DNA of 64,000 bases from Leptogorgia sarmentosa. Lineage: Eukaryota. The translations under genes were made by a program, and so were the position numbers. The stretch covers positions 5,146,001 to 5,210,000 of the forward strand of contig OZ210885.1 in assembly GCA_964658305.1 (NCBI GenBank), read 5' to 3'. Under the pieces are notes generated by a model. It searched no databases and was not told the origin of the DNA. It saw only the letters and a list, made by a program, of their open reading frames with translations. This document shows, piece by piece, positions 14,301 to 27,058 of the stretch (within the stretch, counting starts at the first letter, position 1; each line of letters starts with the position of its first letter).

Positions 14301-17300
14301 CCTTTAAAATGTTAAACATGGTAGCTTTATTATAAAATATTCTAATTGAACTTAAAATGTGTAATCCAAAATATCGGGATAGGATATTAAATATCCTATC
14401 ACGTGATAGGGTGATTTCATCAGGTATTTTGCGTTAAAAGTTAAATATTTACTGTATCTCTTAAACGCACTTTTAAACGCAAGAATCTGACAGACACTAA
14501 AATATTTTCAATATGGCGGAGGATGAATATTATACAAATAATGAATGTTTATGAGTGCAATGGTAAGAATATTTTCATGACGTGAAAGATGAAATGTTCT
14601 ATTCAACGAGGTGAAGCCGAGTTGAATGGAACATTCCATCTTTCACCGAATGAAAATATTCTTACCATTGCAGGAATAAAGACATTCATTATTTGTTTTA
14701 TATAACACCAAAATAACAAAAAGTTTATTGCAAGCTGCCGCCATTTTGGTGTATTTTGACAACATAAATCGCATTCACCTGACGTCGAGAATCAGGGGTA
14801 AATAAACTGCGATCACTGTCCGAAAAGCGTTTTGAAGGATGGGAGTTACTGAAATCACACTCCAGAGTGCAATGGTATTCGAACTATTGCACTCTTGGGA
14901 AATGGAACTTTCTATTCAATATCACGTGACCCTAATTAACCAATTAAACGACCCGAATGTAATGAGGTATTACATAAAGTGGATACATGAATGGGTAATT
15001 CAAAAATGCTAGAGTCTTACCAAATTTCCGGAAATGTCTATAATTGCAAAAGCTGTTAGATGGTTACATTCGCATATTAAGCGGCGGTTGTTAGTTGTGT
15101 CTTTTTTTCTTCGACATCCTTCTGTTTTCCACTTGTTTTCACTACGTTCTGGTTTCCAGTAAACACATTTTTCAAGGTGATTCTGAAGGTAAAATATTGG
15201 ACATTTAAAGTATCAGTAAATTTCTTAATCAAATGGACGAGATGGGTTTGCATTCGCAGTGAATGAACATTCGTAGAATTATCAAGTCTACCATTTGTAC
15301 ATGAGATTTATTGAGCTCAGAATAAAATCTTTCGTTCAGTTTTACGAGTGAAAACTGAGTTCATGTTCCCTATCGTTCCAGACATTTCTTTGCTTGTGGT
15401 TTGAATACGAAACTAATAAGTCTCCATTGGACAAATCAACTTTTGTGTTGCTTCAGTGTAACATCGGACAAAAGGATTACACACATTGTCAGTAGTGATA
15501 AGGATTCAGTCTTACATGAAGATCAAAATCTCGACAAGAATATGCTTACGTGTTGTTTCTAGATGTATGTTGGTGTGTCGTCTAATATTAAACAGTAAGT
15601 TGAATTACCGATTCTATTGAGTTCCAGGTCAGGCGAACAGGTTCCTGAAAGTGTTCTGGGGGCTGAGGTCTGACACTTGCAGTGATAATCTCGTTATTCA
15701 CGTCATTAAAAACAGTACTGCCATGGAAACTGTTCTTTGTAAAACGATGTATTGTTTTATACCATATTACAACAATTATGCTTCCTGATGTCTTCGAAAG
15801 TGCATCAGGCGAGAGGTTGAACGTCGCGTTTGGAAACCTGAATAATCTTTCTTCCACTGACACATTACCAGCTTTTTTGATGTATTTAACACGTACATCA
15901 AGGTTTTGATATGTAAAGTTACGCGTAGCATTTGTGTTGTTTTTCAGGTAATCTCCATATTGGAATGCATTCGCCTCTAAAGTTGTTAACAGTTCTCCAG
16001 CGACTGTGTTATTCTAGAAAAGAAACGAAGTAATGAAGGGTTCATGTGTGACACTACCATTCATTAAAGCCCCTTACAGACGAGCAAGTTTTCTATGACA
16101 AGTTTTTATGTGACAAGTTTACTTTGCCAAGTGTACGTGTGTATGCACAACATTTTTTATATGACAAGTTTTTATGTGACAAATTTTTCTTGCCCGTCTG
16201 TTCAAGTCAACAATTTTACTTTAACAAGTTTTCTTTGTTGAGCGTAAGTAGATTACCGGGCACATCTGGCGCCGGAAGTAATTAGTATGCAAAAAGGGGG
16301 AGTGCATTAGCGCCGGAAGTAATGAGTATGCAAAAAGGGGGAGTGTATTTGCGCCGGAAGTAATGGGTATGCAAAGAGGGGGAGTGCATTAGCACCGGAG
16401 GTAATGAGTATGCAAAAAGGGGGAGTGCATTAGCGCCGGAAGTAATGAGTATGCAAAAAGGGGGAGTGCATTAGCGGCGGAAGTAATTAGTATGCAGAGT
16501 GCTGCAGAATATTAATATGACGTGAGAGTTATGGCGTGTTCTTTTTATTAAAAATAGCAGAACGTTCGCGCTAATTAGTATGCAAAAATTAACTAGTATA
16601 CATGGGGTTAATACATGCAAAAAGTAGCGAGTAATTAGTATGCAAAAGGCAGCGATGTCGAGGTACGTATCCGAATGCGTGTCCTGATACGTATCCAGAT
16701 ACTAGTAAATTACTAGTTATGATAGTCTATTATGGCCGCAATAACCCGGGGAATAATAAATGAGACTTGATGTTTTTGTAACAAGTTTATTAATCGTAAA
16801 AATGCATGTACTTTGACAAGTCATTTATAGAGAATTTTAGTTTACATGCTACGAAACCTAATATTAATGGTCTTCATCATCGCTGTCCTCTGTAAAGGTG
16901 TAATCTTTTAACAGTTTTTTGATCAGAAATTTTCTCTTATCAACAGCTGCTTGAATAGCTTCTTCGGGATCAAAATTATCATCGTTCACAAAGGCATCTT
17001 CTGTCTGCATTATTTTCTTATGCACTGGGTCATTCTTTGTTGTTTCATCCACGAAAGGCGATTCATATAGATACTTTCCAACTCATTTTGGAGCTTTGGT
17101 AGGATTTCGGAGTAAGTTTCTTGTCCAGCGGATTGCTCATCCAAACCACTATGTATCAAATTCGCCTTCATTTCCTCAAAAGCTGTTTTATACTTTTGCA
17201 TTGCTTCTTCTACCATTGGCATCCAAGGATCATTTTCTTCCCCCTCAGTTTCGTCGTCTGTTGTCACCGGACTTTCAGAACCATGACAGTCGACAAATCA

Positions 17301-20300
17301 CCTTCCGATTCCGTTGTCAGACTTTCTGTTTCTGACATTTCACTGTCTTGATCCTTTAATGGACAGTACATGTTTTCGTGTCGACGTAGATTGAAACCTC
17401 GACTAAATGTTTTCCCGCAGAATTTGCAGATCATTCTGCTAGCAAGGACTGTGTAAAAATGGCTTGTTGTTGAGCACTATCCCACTTTTATTTGAGCATG
17501 TGAGCATGTGCTATGGAGCAGTTATGAGCATATGAGCATGTGCTCATGCGGGAATGAGCGATTTAGAGCATCGCTCACAAGTGCTCAAAACTGCTCATGA
17601 GCACATGCTCATATGCTCATCACATGATTTGCGAAGGTGATTTGTCGACTGCTTCTACTCATGGTTCTGAAAGTCCGGTGACAACAGACGAGGAAACTGA
17701 GGAGGAAGAAAATGATCCTTGGATGCCAATGGTAGAAGAAGCAATGCAAAAGTATAAAACAGCTTTTGAGGAAATGAAGGCGAATTTGAAACATAGTGGT
17801 TTGGATGAGCAATCCGCGGGACAAAAAGCTTACTCCAAATTCCTACCAAAGCTCCAAAATGAGTTGGAAAGTATCTATATGAATCGTCTTTCGTGGATGA
17901 AACAACTAAAGAATGACCCAGTGCATAAGAAAATAATGCAGACAGAAGATGCCTTTGTGAACGATGATAGTTTTGATCCCGAAGAAGCTATTCAAGCAGC
18001 TGTTGATAAGAGAAAATTTCTGATCAAAAAACTGTTAAAAGATTACACCTTTACAGAGGACAGCGATGATGAAGACCATTAAATATTAGGTTTCGTAGCA
18101 TGTAAACTAAAATTCTCTATAAATGACTTGTAAAAGTACATGCACAATATTTTTACGATTAATAAACTTATTACAAAAACATGAAGTCTCATTTATTATT
18201 CCCCGGGTTATTGCGGCCATAATAGACTATCATAACTAGTAATTTACTAATATTCGGATCCGTATCTGGACAAGTATTCGGACACGTATCAGGACACGCA
18301 TTCGGATACGTACCTCGACATCGCTGCCTTTTGCATACTAATTACTCGCTATTTTTTGCATGTATTAACCCCATGCATACTAGTTACTTTTTGCATACTA
18401 ATTAGCGCGAACGTTCTGCTATTTTTAATAAAAAGAACACGCCATAACTCTCACGTCATATTAATATTCTGCAACACTCTGCATACTAATTACTTCCGCC
18501 GCTAATGCACTTCCCCTTTTTGCATACTAATTACTTCCGCCGCTAGTGCACTCCCCCTTTTTGCATACTCATTACTTCCGGTGCTAATGCACTCGCCCTC
18601 TTTGCATACTAATTACTTCCGGCGCCAGATGTGCCCGGTAATCTACTACCGTACAAAAGCTAGCATGCTAGCTTTTCAACAATTGCACTTGTCATAGAAA
18701 AAAATGGCAAAATGGGACGTACAGACGAGCAAAGTAAACTTGACACATAAAAACTTGTCATAGAAAACTTGCTCGTCTGTAAGGGGCTTAACACTCAATT
18801 GGGTGCATTTGTGATTTGCTTTTTCTACATGTTTCTATATTGTCGCCAGATTCATTGCTGAAAGCTGAAAAAATGCTATCTTGGCCCTCTATTTGCTCGT
18901 GGTAAGGGATCATCAGGTTGAAACTTTGCGTGACTAGAATAGTTGCCAGTTACGTCTCTTAAGAGCCGAATTGTCTTGCAAATTGCATGAAAAATTGCAT
19001 CGTGTAACATGACCTTTAGGATGATCTTCATCTTCTATAAATTACTAAATTAGGGCAATAGAGCTTGTTCTGGTGAAAAGTAGGTAACAATTAAGTATAT
19101 TAATATTTCAAATAAGCAGCTATGACTTCGCCTTCAAGAAAATAAAAGTGATAAAACGCCAAAGTATTGTATGGAAATGTAGAAAATGCATTGCAATTTC
19201 TATTGAAAATTCACCGTAAGATTTTGCCAAGATTTTTCATTCCTACCGTCCAAAATATTGTTTGCTGGACCAAGTATGTTGAGACTGCCAGCAGTGACAT
19301 TTAAATCAACAATACTTTCGAGTAGCCTGACGGTCTCACTGATGCTCAGTGGACTGAGTCCGTTTTGTTGTTTCTCCTCGTTCATATTATCAAGATTTGT
19401 GAAATTCGACAGTTTCTCGATAATCATCTGTACTTTCTTTTCTCGAACTTCCTCCGATATATTTTTACTTTCTATCTCATCGATCTGAAAAATTAATGAA
19501 GAAGATGTATAACAAAGTCCTTCAGGCAATACATTTGCGTTGGAAAATGACTTTCACGCGCGTTGGAGTAGCTGACGTAGTTCTTTAAATTTTTATCTGT
19601 CATCTTACCTCCTTTTCCAGCCCACCAGTAAAGATAGTGTTCACGGACGCTTTTGCAGTTGTACGAACAGACGTTGAGTTTGAGTGTGGTGTTGTGTTTC
19701 CGGGTTTCTTTGTAGTGGTATGAGGAGACGTTGGGGTTGAAGATGATGTTGTGTTTCTGGGTTTCTTTGTAGTGGTATGAAGAGACGTTGGGGTTGAAGA
19801 TGATGTTGTGTTTCTGGGTTTCTTTGTAGTGGTCGTTGGGGTTGAGTGTGATGTTGTGTTTCTGGGTTTCTTTGCAGTGGTATGAAGAGACGTTGGGGTT
19901 GAAGATGATGTTGGTTTCTTTGTAGTGGACGTTGGGGTTGAAGATGATGTTGGTTTCTTTGTAGTGGACGTTGGGGTTGAAGATGATGCTGTGTTTCTGG
20001 GTTTCTTTGTAGTGTTATTGTTACAGCGTCCTCCGCCTCAAATTGAAATTGACATTACTAATATCAACTTTGTACTAAAATTGGGCGTGGCCTACGCCTA
20101 TCACACTTAACGAAAAATAGTAACGAAAAACGTTTTATTTAAGAAGTAGAAAACATTTTCCGTGTTTCTATAGAGTTTTTGTATACATTTCCAAGTAACT
20201 ATAACATTTACTGCAATCTGATGTTTTTTGGAACTTTTTCATTTTTTTAAAATTCAAAATGGCCGCTCGGTTGCTGAAGTTACACAGGAAGAAATTGAGA

Positions 20301-23193
20301 AAATTAAACAAGAAAGCATCCCCAAGAAAAATAAAAACAAGCCACAAAATATGGTTTCAAAACCTTTCAAGGTAAAATGTTTTATTTAGTGTTATTTATC
20401 CAACAAAACTGGCTTTTTTCACGAGCAAAGTGGTGATATGAGCATGAATTATTTTATGTAAACAAACTATAAGCAAAGTGAACAAAACTTGAATTTCTAC
20501 TTAACAGACAGTTTGAATCAAATCAGTTTGACCTGGGAATTTATACTAAAACAATTAGTCGCCTCAGGCTCGGTGATTACAAGTCTATATTCACTTCGCC
20601 GCCGTTTTTTTTAGCTCTCAACCAATCAACGGCCGTGTTTTTAAAAGGCTATTTTATAAATGTATATTGGTAAAGGTGACACATGTTTCCACAGTGAAGT
20701 AGTTCATAAGTGTGCATGTTAGTTCCTACACAAACATAAGTAGCTACATTCATAATTGAAATATAGATTAGTTTTCCGTGCAAATAGTTCATATTTGCTA
20801 TATCTTTGTAATCGTAATTTATTATAGCTTTATTATAATTTAGTTTGACGGATTTGATGGAATAGAATTATTACATTATATATTATTTCAAACACCAATT
20901 GGTTTCACGGCACGCGCCGTTACAGTTATGCATGAAGAAACATTGGCGTTGAGTGTGATGTTGTGTCGTTCATTTGTGTCTGGCGTTACTGAAACCGCAA
21001 AATGAAAAAAAGATATTGCAATTGTTGAGAATTGTAATGATAACGGAGTTGAACCCCCCCCCCCCCCTCCACTGCAAATTTTGTTTCGCCGAGCCTGCAT
21101 TCTCTCTACCAGTTTTTTCAGATGAAAAATTAACCATACGAGCCTTATAGGTTTTACCCAGTTCTCTCACTTTAACCCACAACCGTTGTATGTGAAGTCG
21201 CCCCAGATAAAAAACCCAAAAAATCATAATTATAAATACTCACTCGGGGTTAAAACCACGTTTTGCCAGGAATAACTGTCAGAACATTCTGATATAGCTG
21301 GAACAACTTTTAAGGTCTTACGCGCCCATGCGCTTAAGCAACGTCCAGTGGTGGTGTCTGTCAATCTCTTTTTGTTTTGGTTGTATCTCCATGATATCGT
21401 GCAGCTTTTGGTCAACTTAAGGTGCGACCCGTCCAACATACCGAGACATGTCCCAGATTCTACTTCCTGGAGAGCGGAGCTTTTTGTGAAACAGAAGCAT
21501 ACTGGAGGTAAGCCTTTTGAAATTTTAAGAGTTTTAAAATCACCAACATGACGCACATGTCCCCATTGTGGAAACTCGATCGTGTAATTTGCAGTTGAGC
21601 AATCTGTAGACAGGTCTACAAAAAGATACCAAGACGAAAATGAACATGGTTACCAAACATTTGCTGTGTTTGTTGTTAATGGATACATGAAGCAGGGATG
21701 TACCAAAGGCATCTTTGTTTGTGTATGTGTAGGTTGCCCCTATAACTATCTCCAAAATATTGGTTTCTAAGCACTAAATAAACTTGAAACCTAACCCTAC
21801 CCCTAACCCTAACCCTAAAGCTAAGACCCTGATCCTAAAAACAAATAGGTCTTTTTTCGGACTCTGTAGTACAATAGGAAGTGGAAAAAAAACATTTGCC
21901 GACAGTGTCGACACTGCCGTTTCAGGGCGGGGTCATTTTGAGCACTTTCGTCCCGGATTCAGGTTTTGGCACATATGCCATGTTGACCGATATGGTCAAT
22001 TTACCATAAAACAGTTGAGCGTTGTTTTTGAATCCATAACCGGGCCATTTCTGGATATATGAGCAACCGAAATAGGTCAGGGTCAGATTAGTGATTTGGG
22101 TCAAGGTTAGTTACTCTATTTATATTTCGGTTGCTCATATATCGAGAAAGCGCCCATTTAACACTTATTGACTGGGCCCAAGGGAAAGCCGCGAGGGAAA
22201 CATCAAACATCGACGGTCTCGAGGTCCACAAAACACACTGGTTTCCCGAGGGCCCAGTCAATAAGTGCTTTATTATATATCAATCGTGAAAGAAACGACA
22301 AAAAAAAAGCGGAACAAGTGAACAAAAATGCACGAAATATTTTATTCGTAAAATGTTAAATTAAATTAAAGCATTAGCAGGTCGTCCAAAGGTCGCGTCT
22401 TCACGTGATGGCGCATGTGATATTTTTTGTTGTTCACCGGTGAATAACGTATTGTCTCCCTCTCTTGCTGATGCGAGGGAGACAGTTTAATTTCGTCACT
22501 CTCACGTGATACAATGAAACACTCGACCAATGAAACACAAGAAAAGGGAAACTTTGACGATTGGTATATAATGAAACCGTTTCTCCCCGCTCCTCTGACG
22601 TCTGTTTAATATACCGCATTGCAGCTAAACTGAATTAAAGAACCGAAACCAAACCCTACTCTTGGCTGTCTCTTGCTACTACTAAATTACTGATAGTAAT
22701 TATGCGTATATAGTATAGGATATTAAAAAACTATAAAGTTTCTAAATATGTCCGTATTGGTAGAAGGTTTATATAAACAGGTAATGACCTGAGATTGGAT
22801 TCTATATCGTTAATTTGAAAGTCGGTTGTAAATAATTTGTGAAAATGGATTGTAGATATACTGTTTCTTTCAAGCTTAGTCAGTAAGTTTTAATTCAGAG
22901 GTTTTAATTGTTAATTAACTGTTAACGGAGGGATTATTCAACAAACCGCATTTTGACTGAATAACATTTTCTAAACACCCATCGCAATCAACCTGGGCAC
23001 AAAATACCAATCCTGAAATAACATGTATATAAAGCGAGATCATTTCAAAACGGAAGTCACATGCATATTTCTATTCACAAGGACAGAAAGTGTATCAAAC
23101 TACACGCTTGTCTGTATTAAACTTACTTGTGTTGCTTTCCATAATTAGTGCAGACATGAATAGGACAAATGCCAGCCCTTTAATGGACGCCAT
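11400..23193 (-). CDS. Adhesion GPCR, copy 2 (complete model): signal peptide, ricin-B-like lectin, mucin stalk, GAIN/GPS, 7TM, tail
   Basis: Phase-consistent GT-AG exons read by eye: 23193-23127 (MASIKGLAFVLFMSALIMESNT), 21615-21244 (lectin-like, WRY...GRCL...SWQ), [20988-20896 uncertain], 20036-19609 (T/S/P repeats), 19484-19215, 16013-15609 (GAIN), 15182-15021 (GPS: CVYW...W...GC...CECNHLTAFA), 14301-14077 (TM1-2), 13774-13612 (WMLCEG...IGWG), 13258-13122, 12854-12555 (LLPLLGLTWVFG...CNSLQG), 12048-11973, 11593-11400 (stop). These motifs are diagnostic of class B2 adhesion GPCRs. Confidence 0.9.
16864..17434 (-). pseudogene. Frameshifted zinc-finger gene in the left arm/centre of the fold-back element
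   Basis: ATG at 17434 gives MICKFCGKTFSRGFNLRRHENMYCP...ESEGDLST. A 7-bp deletion (~17287) and a 1-bp deletion (~17039) relative to the right arm break the frame. Confidence 0.75.
17597..18082 (+). CDS. Acidic/helical 161-aa ORF in the right arm of the fold-back element (lacks the zinc-finger N-terminus)
   Basis: Open frame ending in DPVHKKIMQT...FDPEEAIQAAVDKRKFLI; inverted copy in the left arm. The ATG lies in the central GAGCA repeats and may not be the native start. Confidence 0.55.
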   Translation: MSTCSYAHHMICEGDLSTASTHGSESPVTTDEETEEEENDPWMPMVEEAMQKYKTAFEEMKANLKHSGLDEQSAGQKAYSKFLPKLQNELESIYMNRLSWMKQLKNDPVHKKIMQTEDAFVNDDSFDPEEAIQAAVDKRKFLIKKLLKDYTFTEDSDDEDH

Positions 23194-26100
23194 TTTGTTG
23201 TAAATAATTCTCGATTCTTTGATGCACACTAACACCTGTTGTGATATATTTCTGTCTCTGTAACTCCGCAAAAGTTTGTTGGTCGCTGTCGTTGAAAAGA
23301 ATCAAAAGATCAGCTCCGCGTTGTTGACAATGCAGATACGGTATTTGATTTTAGATTTGAATGCTGATATATCAGTTTGTCGTAAACAATAATTTATTTG
23401 CGAGAGCATTTAACTGTGCGCAGCGTTTCGTCTGATGTTAGAATAACTGTATTGAATTGTTTATGTCCTCATAAGTACGCGCACGTACGTTCGACTAATG
23501 GAACTACTCACACGGTCAGCGATATCTGCATAACTAAGTGTTTGTGTTGTGTATATTGTATATTACATATTGCATATTTATTGAAGGGTATATTGTCTTC
23601 ACCATGAGCGCCCACACACACGTACGATTCAATAGAGACTACGTGTTTGAACATTGAAATGACTGTCGGTAAATTTCTTTGTAAATGTTGTTACATAACT
23701 TAGTATAACTTAGTATAACGAATGTTGCTACAGTAAACTCAAAAATTTCTTTGCTTTGAAGAACGAAAATGAAGGAGCCAGAAGTTCGAGACAATTAGAA
23801 GCTTTTGTTATGGTAAATTTCATCGTTTTTCATTTCTTTCGAAGACAATACAAATATGGGCAGGGTAGAAAAGACGGATACTATTGATAATGTTGATACT
23901 ATTTTCTAAAAAAGGACTGTTTTCAGACTAAATAGTGACATTTACGGCTTCTTTACATGTGAGAGTGTGATTCTGTGTCAACTTCTTATCGTGTGATACT
24001 ATAGCTAATAGTGATGTGACTTTGCTATGGAAAAATTAGATTTTCAGATATACCATTCCTAGCGATCTGCCTTCATTTGATTTTGAAGAGATTAAAATGA
24101 AAGTGCTACTGTGAAATGAGGCTACGGTTTTGTGTTATATTAAGTAGTTATAAAAATGAAACGGTAGTCATGAAAACAAATTGCAATCGAACTGTCTTGA
24201 GATCAAGGCAGGTGTTTAAAATTTAATACGGAGTGAATGACCGGTTTAACTCCATTAATTGACCAGAATGGTGATAGATTTGTTTGTCATAAAGAATTAT
24301 CATTTGCTGGAGCAAATCGTTTTGATTGATGTAATAACTCATGAGACTGTATGTCATTGTTTATTTTAACACAAGTAGCTACACATGTTCGATGTGGCTT
24401 TTCAAATTCTCATTCACATCCACACACATATCAGCATAGTTGAGTGTTTGTTAATATTGTAAGGATATAACGCGCCCGCTCTCACAAGTACGATTTAAAG
24501 CCTACATGTTTAAGCATTGGAGTAGTGGATTTCTTTGATATTTTGTCCAGATCTCATGGTGTTCTATAAAAAATCTTTCCGCGAAGGGGCGTCGATAAAC
24601 CTGTTTGAATGCGAGTGGGGCGCTGTAAGGCTACATTTTGCCGAGTGGTCAAAAGGTCTCTACAAATTATGCCTATATACCCTTATTACCCTAGTGTGTA
24701 GACACGACACCATGCCACCAACTCTCGCATTAAGTAGTGCACGTAGCTAATCGACTGAACAAATATATACAGTATTAATATCATATATCACACACGACCA
24801 TATTGTTGTAGAGAATCTAGGATTGGTCGGGATTGATTATTGATTGATTGGTCGGTGTGTTCCACCTCCCTCTCTAGCGACGCCCCTGTTTCCGCGTTTA
24901 TACAGTCTTGTCAAAATAGATGGCCGCACGCTACGCGGAGTGTTCTCAAATCATTTTTACTTTTTTGCAATTTCCTTGATGTTGATATAAATATTTATTA
25001 CATAGTACACAGTGAGATACGAAAAAATACACAATGAGATATTTTCCAAGATATCGATCACGTGATCACTTCCCGCCAATAAATTTGTTTTATCGATGTT
25101 TGTCCAAGGGCGGCCGAACAAATTTTTGTCTTTGTTCAATGAAAAAACAACATGCTTTTGTCGAGAAAATTGAAATACTACAAGTCTTAGAAAACACTAA
25201 AATGATACCCAGGTATTCTTTGAATTTGAATAATGTGATGTATATTTAGTTGAAAGGCTTAGCTTTATCGATCAAAAATTATAATGATATATTTTACTCA
25301 TTCCCTGCGCCTCGCACGCCGTGTAATATCCTCTATATGTAATTTTTATGATAGAATACAATGAAAATAAAAATCACCGCTAGTTAAAATAACTTTCAAG
25401 AGCGGCGGAAAATTGTCCATGTTGAAGTAAATTACATTAACATGGCTCTTCAATCAGCAATATAAAATTCACAAATGACAATCAGCGTATAGAATTCACA
25501 AATGCTATATTACAAAGTTGCTGCAGTAAAGTTCCAGGCGAATTTTTTAAATGAACGAAAATATGGAAAATGCAGGAATCAGTAATTCCAGGCAAGGCTT
25601 ATGGTGAATTTCATCGCTATTTGCTTAGATGGTCTTGCAATCCGGAGCCGTTTAAAAATACCGGTATAAAACCCGTTCACACGGGCGATATCTTGCTGTG
25701 ATTTTCTCCTTCTGATGCAGGTGAACGGACGAATATTCAACGTATGTGCCGAGTGCTTGCTTCCTCAATTGAATATTTGTAACTGATTCACTCATTGAAA
25801 TCTGTCAAAAGAAGGAAATTGCACTTGAAATTAAATCGCAGTGAAATTGTTCGTATAGACAGGGCCAATACGTGTATATTTTTGACGGTTTGAACACGGA
25901 ACAAACAATAACGTTTCGCCGTTGCGTTTACACATGTGGATTCACATAGGCCACCAAGTAAATTTTGAAGCTTGGAGGCTGAACTGGAATAAAACAGTAA
26001 CGGAACCGATGTTCACACTATGCCGGCACGGTTGGAAAACGGCTCCGTTTTCGTTTCAATCGGTTTGGAAAGCGTGATCAAACAGTAATTATAGCAAAAG

Positions 26101-26669
26101 TGACGTTTTCAAACAATTTCATTCTTGCACAGTGTGAACACAATGTCGTGACGTTAATATACGTTTCTCGAAACCTTTAATTCTCTCCACAGTCTCTCTT
26201 TGTTTGCGTAGAAAGATTACAGGAAAACCTACTACCGGCTCTTCATGATAGTCCGCCATATTTTTGAGATCAGTGATGACCTACATCACTAAGCTATAAG
26301 AAGACTGGAGAGAGTGCACGCACTTTTTTCATATAAAAGAGTGAAGCCAAAATTATGGAGTGGATTCATGTGATTCGTCATCATTGCCAGACTCCCACAC
26401 AGCCTCTCTTTGTCAGCGTGTCTGCCATAGATATAGGAAGCCTAGATTGCTGACTGTAGAATAATTATATGCTGATGCATGTGGCAAACATGAGCAATCC
26501 AAGATGGCTGCTCAACCGGTCAAATTAATAGGAGCTAGTATAGGAAAAACCATGTTTTTCGCATTTTACGACCGCATAACGTTTCCGATCACGTTCTAGC
26601 ACCATTTTTTGGAAATAACTGCCCGCGCTGAAGGTTTTGGATGAAAATCGTGCAATTTGAATGGAATTA

Positions 26670-27058
26670 GTATAGGAAATTACACGGTTCGAGAAGTATT
26701 AATGAAAAATTGCGCGCGTGTTTGGCGAAATACCGTGAGTGCGAAACACGAGCGGTATTTCGCCAAACACAAGTGCAATTTTTCATTAATACTTCGAGAA
26801 CAAGTGTAATTTCGTATTAATATCATTGTAGTGCACGTTCACTAACCTTTTTTGTCCAAAGTTGACAATAAATGACAAAAAAAACAAGAATTTTGGCGTT
26901 GATTTAAGCGTTTATTTATTTGTTTTTATAATGTATCGCGGGCTCGAAACCGTGCAATTAAGTTTAATTTGCACACTGTGCAAATTAAAGATTAATTTGC
27001 ACAGTTGTTGAAGCTTTTTAACCAATCAGCGTCCAGGAAATTGACAACAATGATATTA
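26670..27058. mobile_element. TIR-less hairpin element (Crypton-like non-autonomous), inserted in the unit 2 palindromic transposon
   Basis: Absent at the paralogous site GGAATTA|ACCCC (6863-6874); (A)TTA duplicated; internal inverted repeat ~26675-26815. Confidence 0.7.

Larger units (their letters stand above)
16247..18647. mobile_element. Non-autonomous fold-back element with Polinton/Maverick-type termini
   Basis: Starts AGTAGATTACCGGGCACATCTGG and ends with the exact reverse complement. Flanks are AGCGTA and ACCGTA (6-bp TSD, 1 mismatch); the paralogous empty site is TTGTTG-ACCGTA-CAAAAGC at ~36690. Inverted arms of ~1 kb at 16247-17305 and 17633-18647, with 41-bp subterminal tandem repeats. 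Confidence 0.8.
16068..18788. mobile_element. PIF/Harbinger-type MITE hosting the fold-back element
   Basis: TIR AGCCCCTTACAGACGAGCAAGTTTTCTATGACAAG...; TAA on both flanks; internal TGACAAGTTT repeats. A related, rearranged copy without the insert lies at 36585-37297. Confidence 0.85.

Noticed and set aside
16269..16500. 41-bp repeats as a CRISPR array
   Set aside because: Head-to-tail repeats without spacers, mirrored in the opposite TIR.
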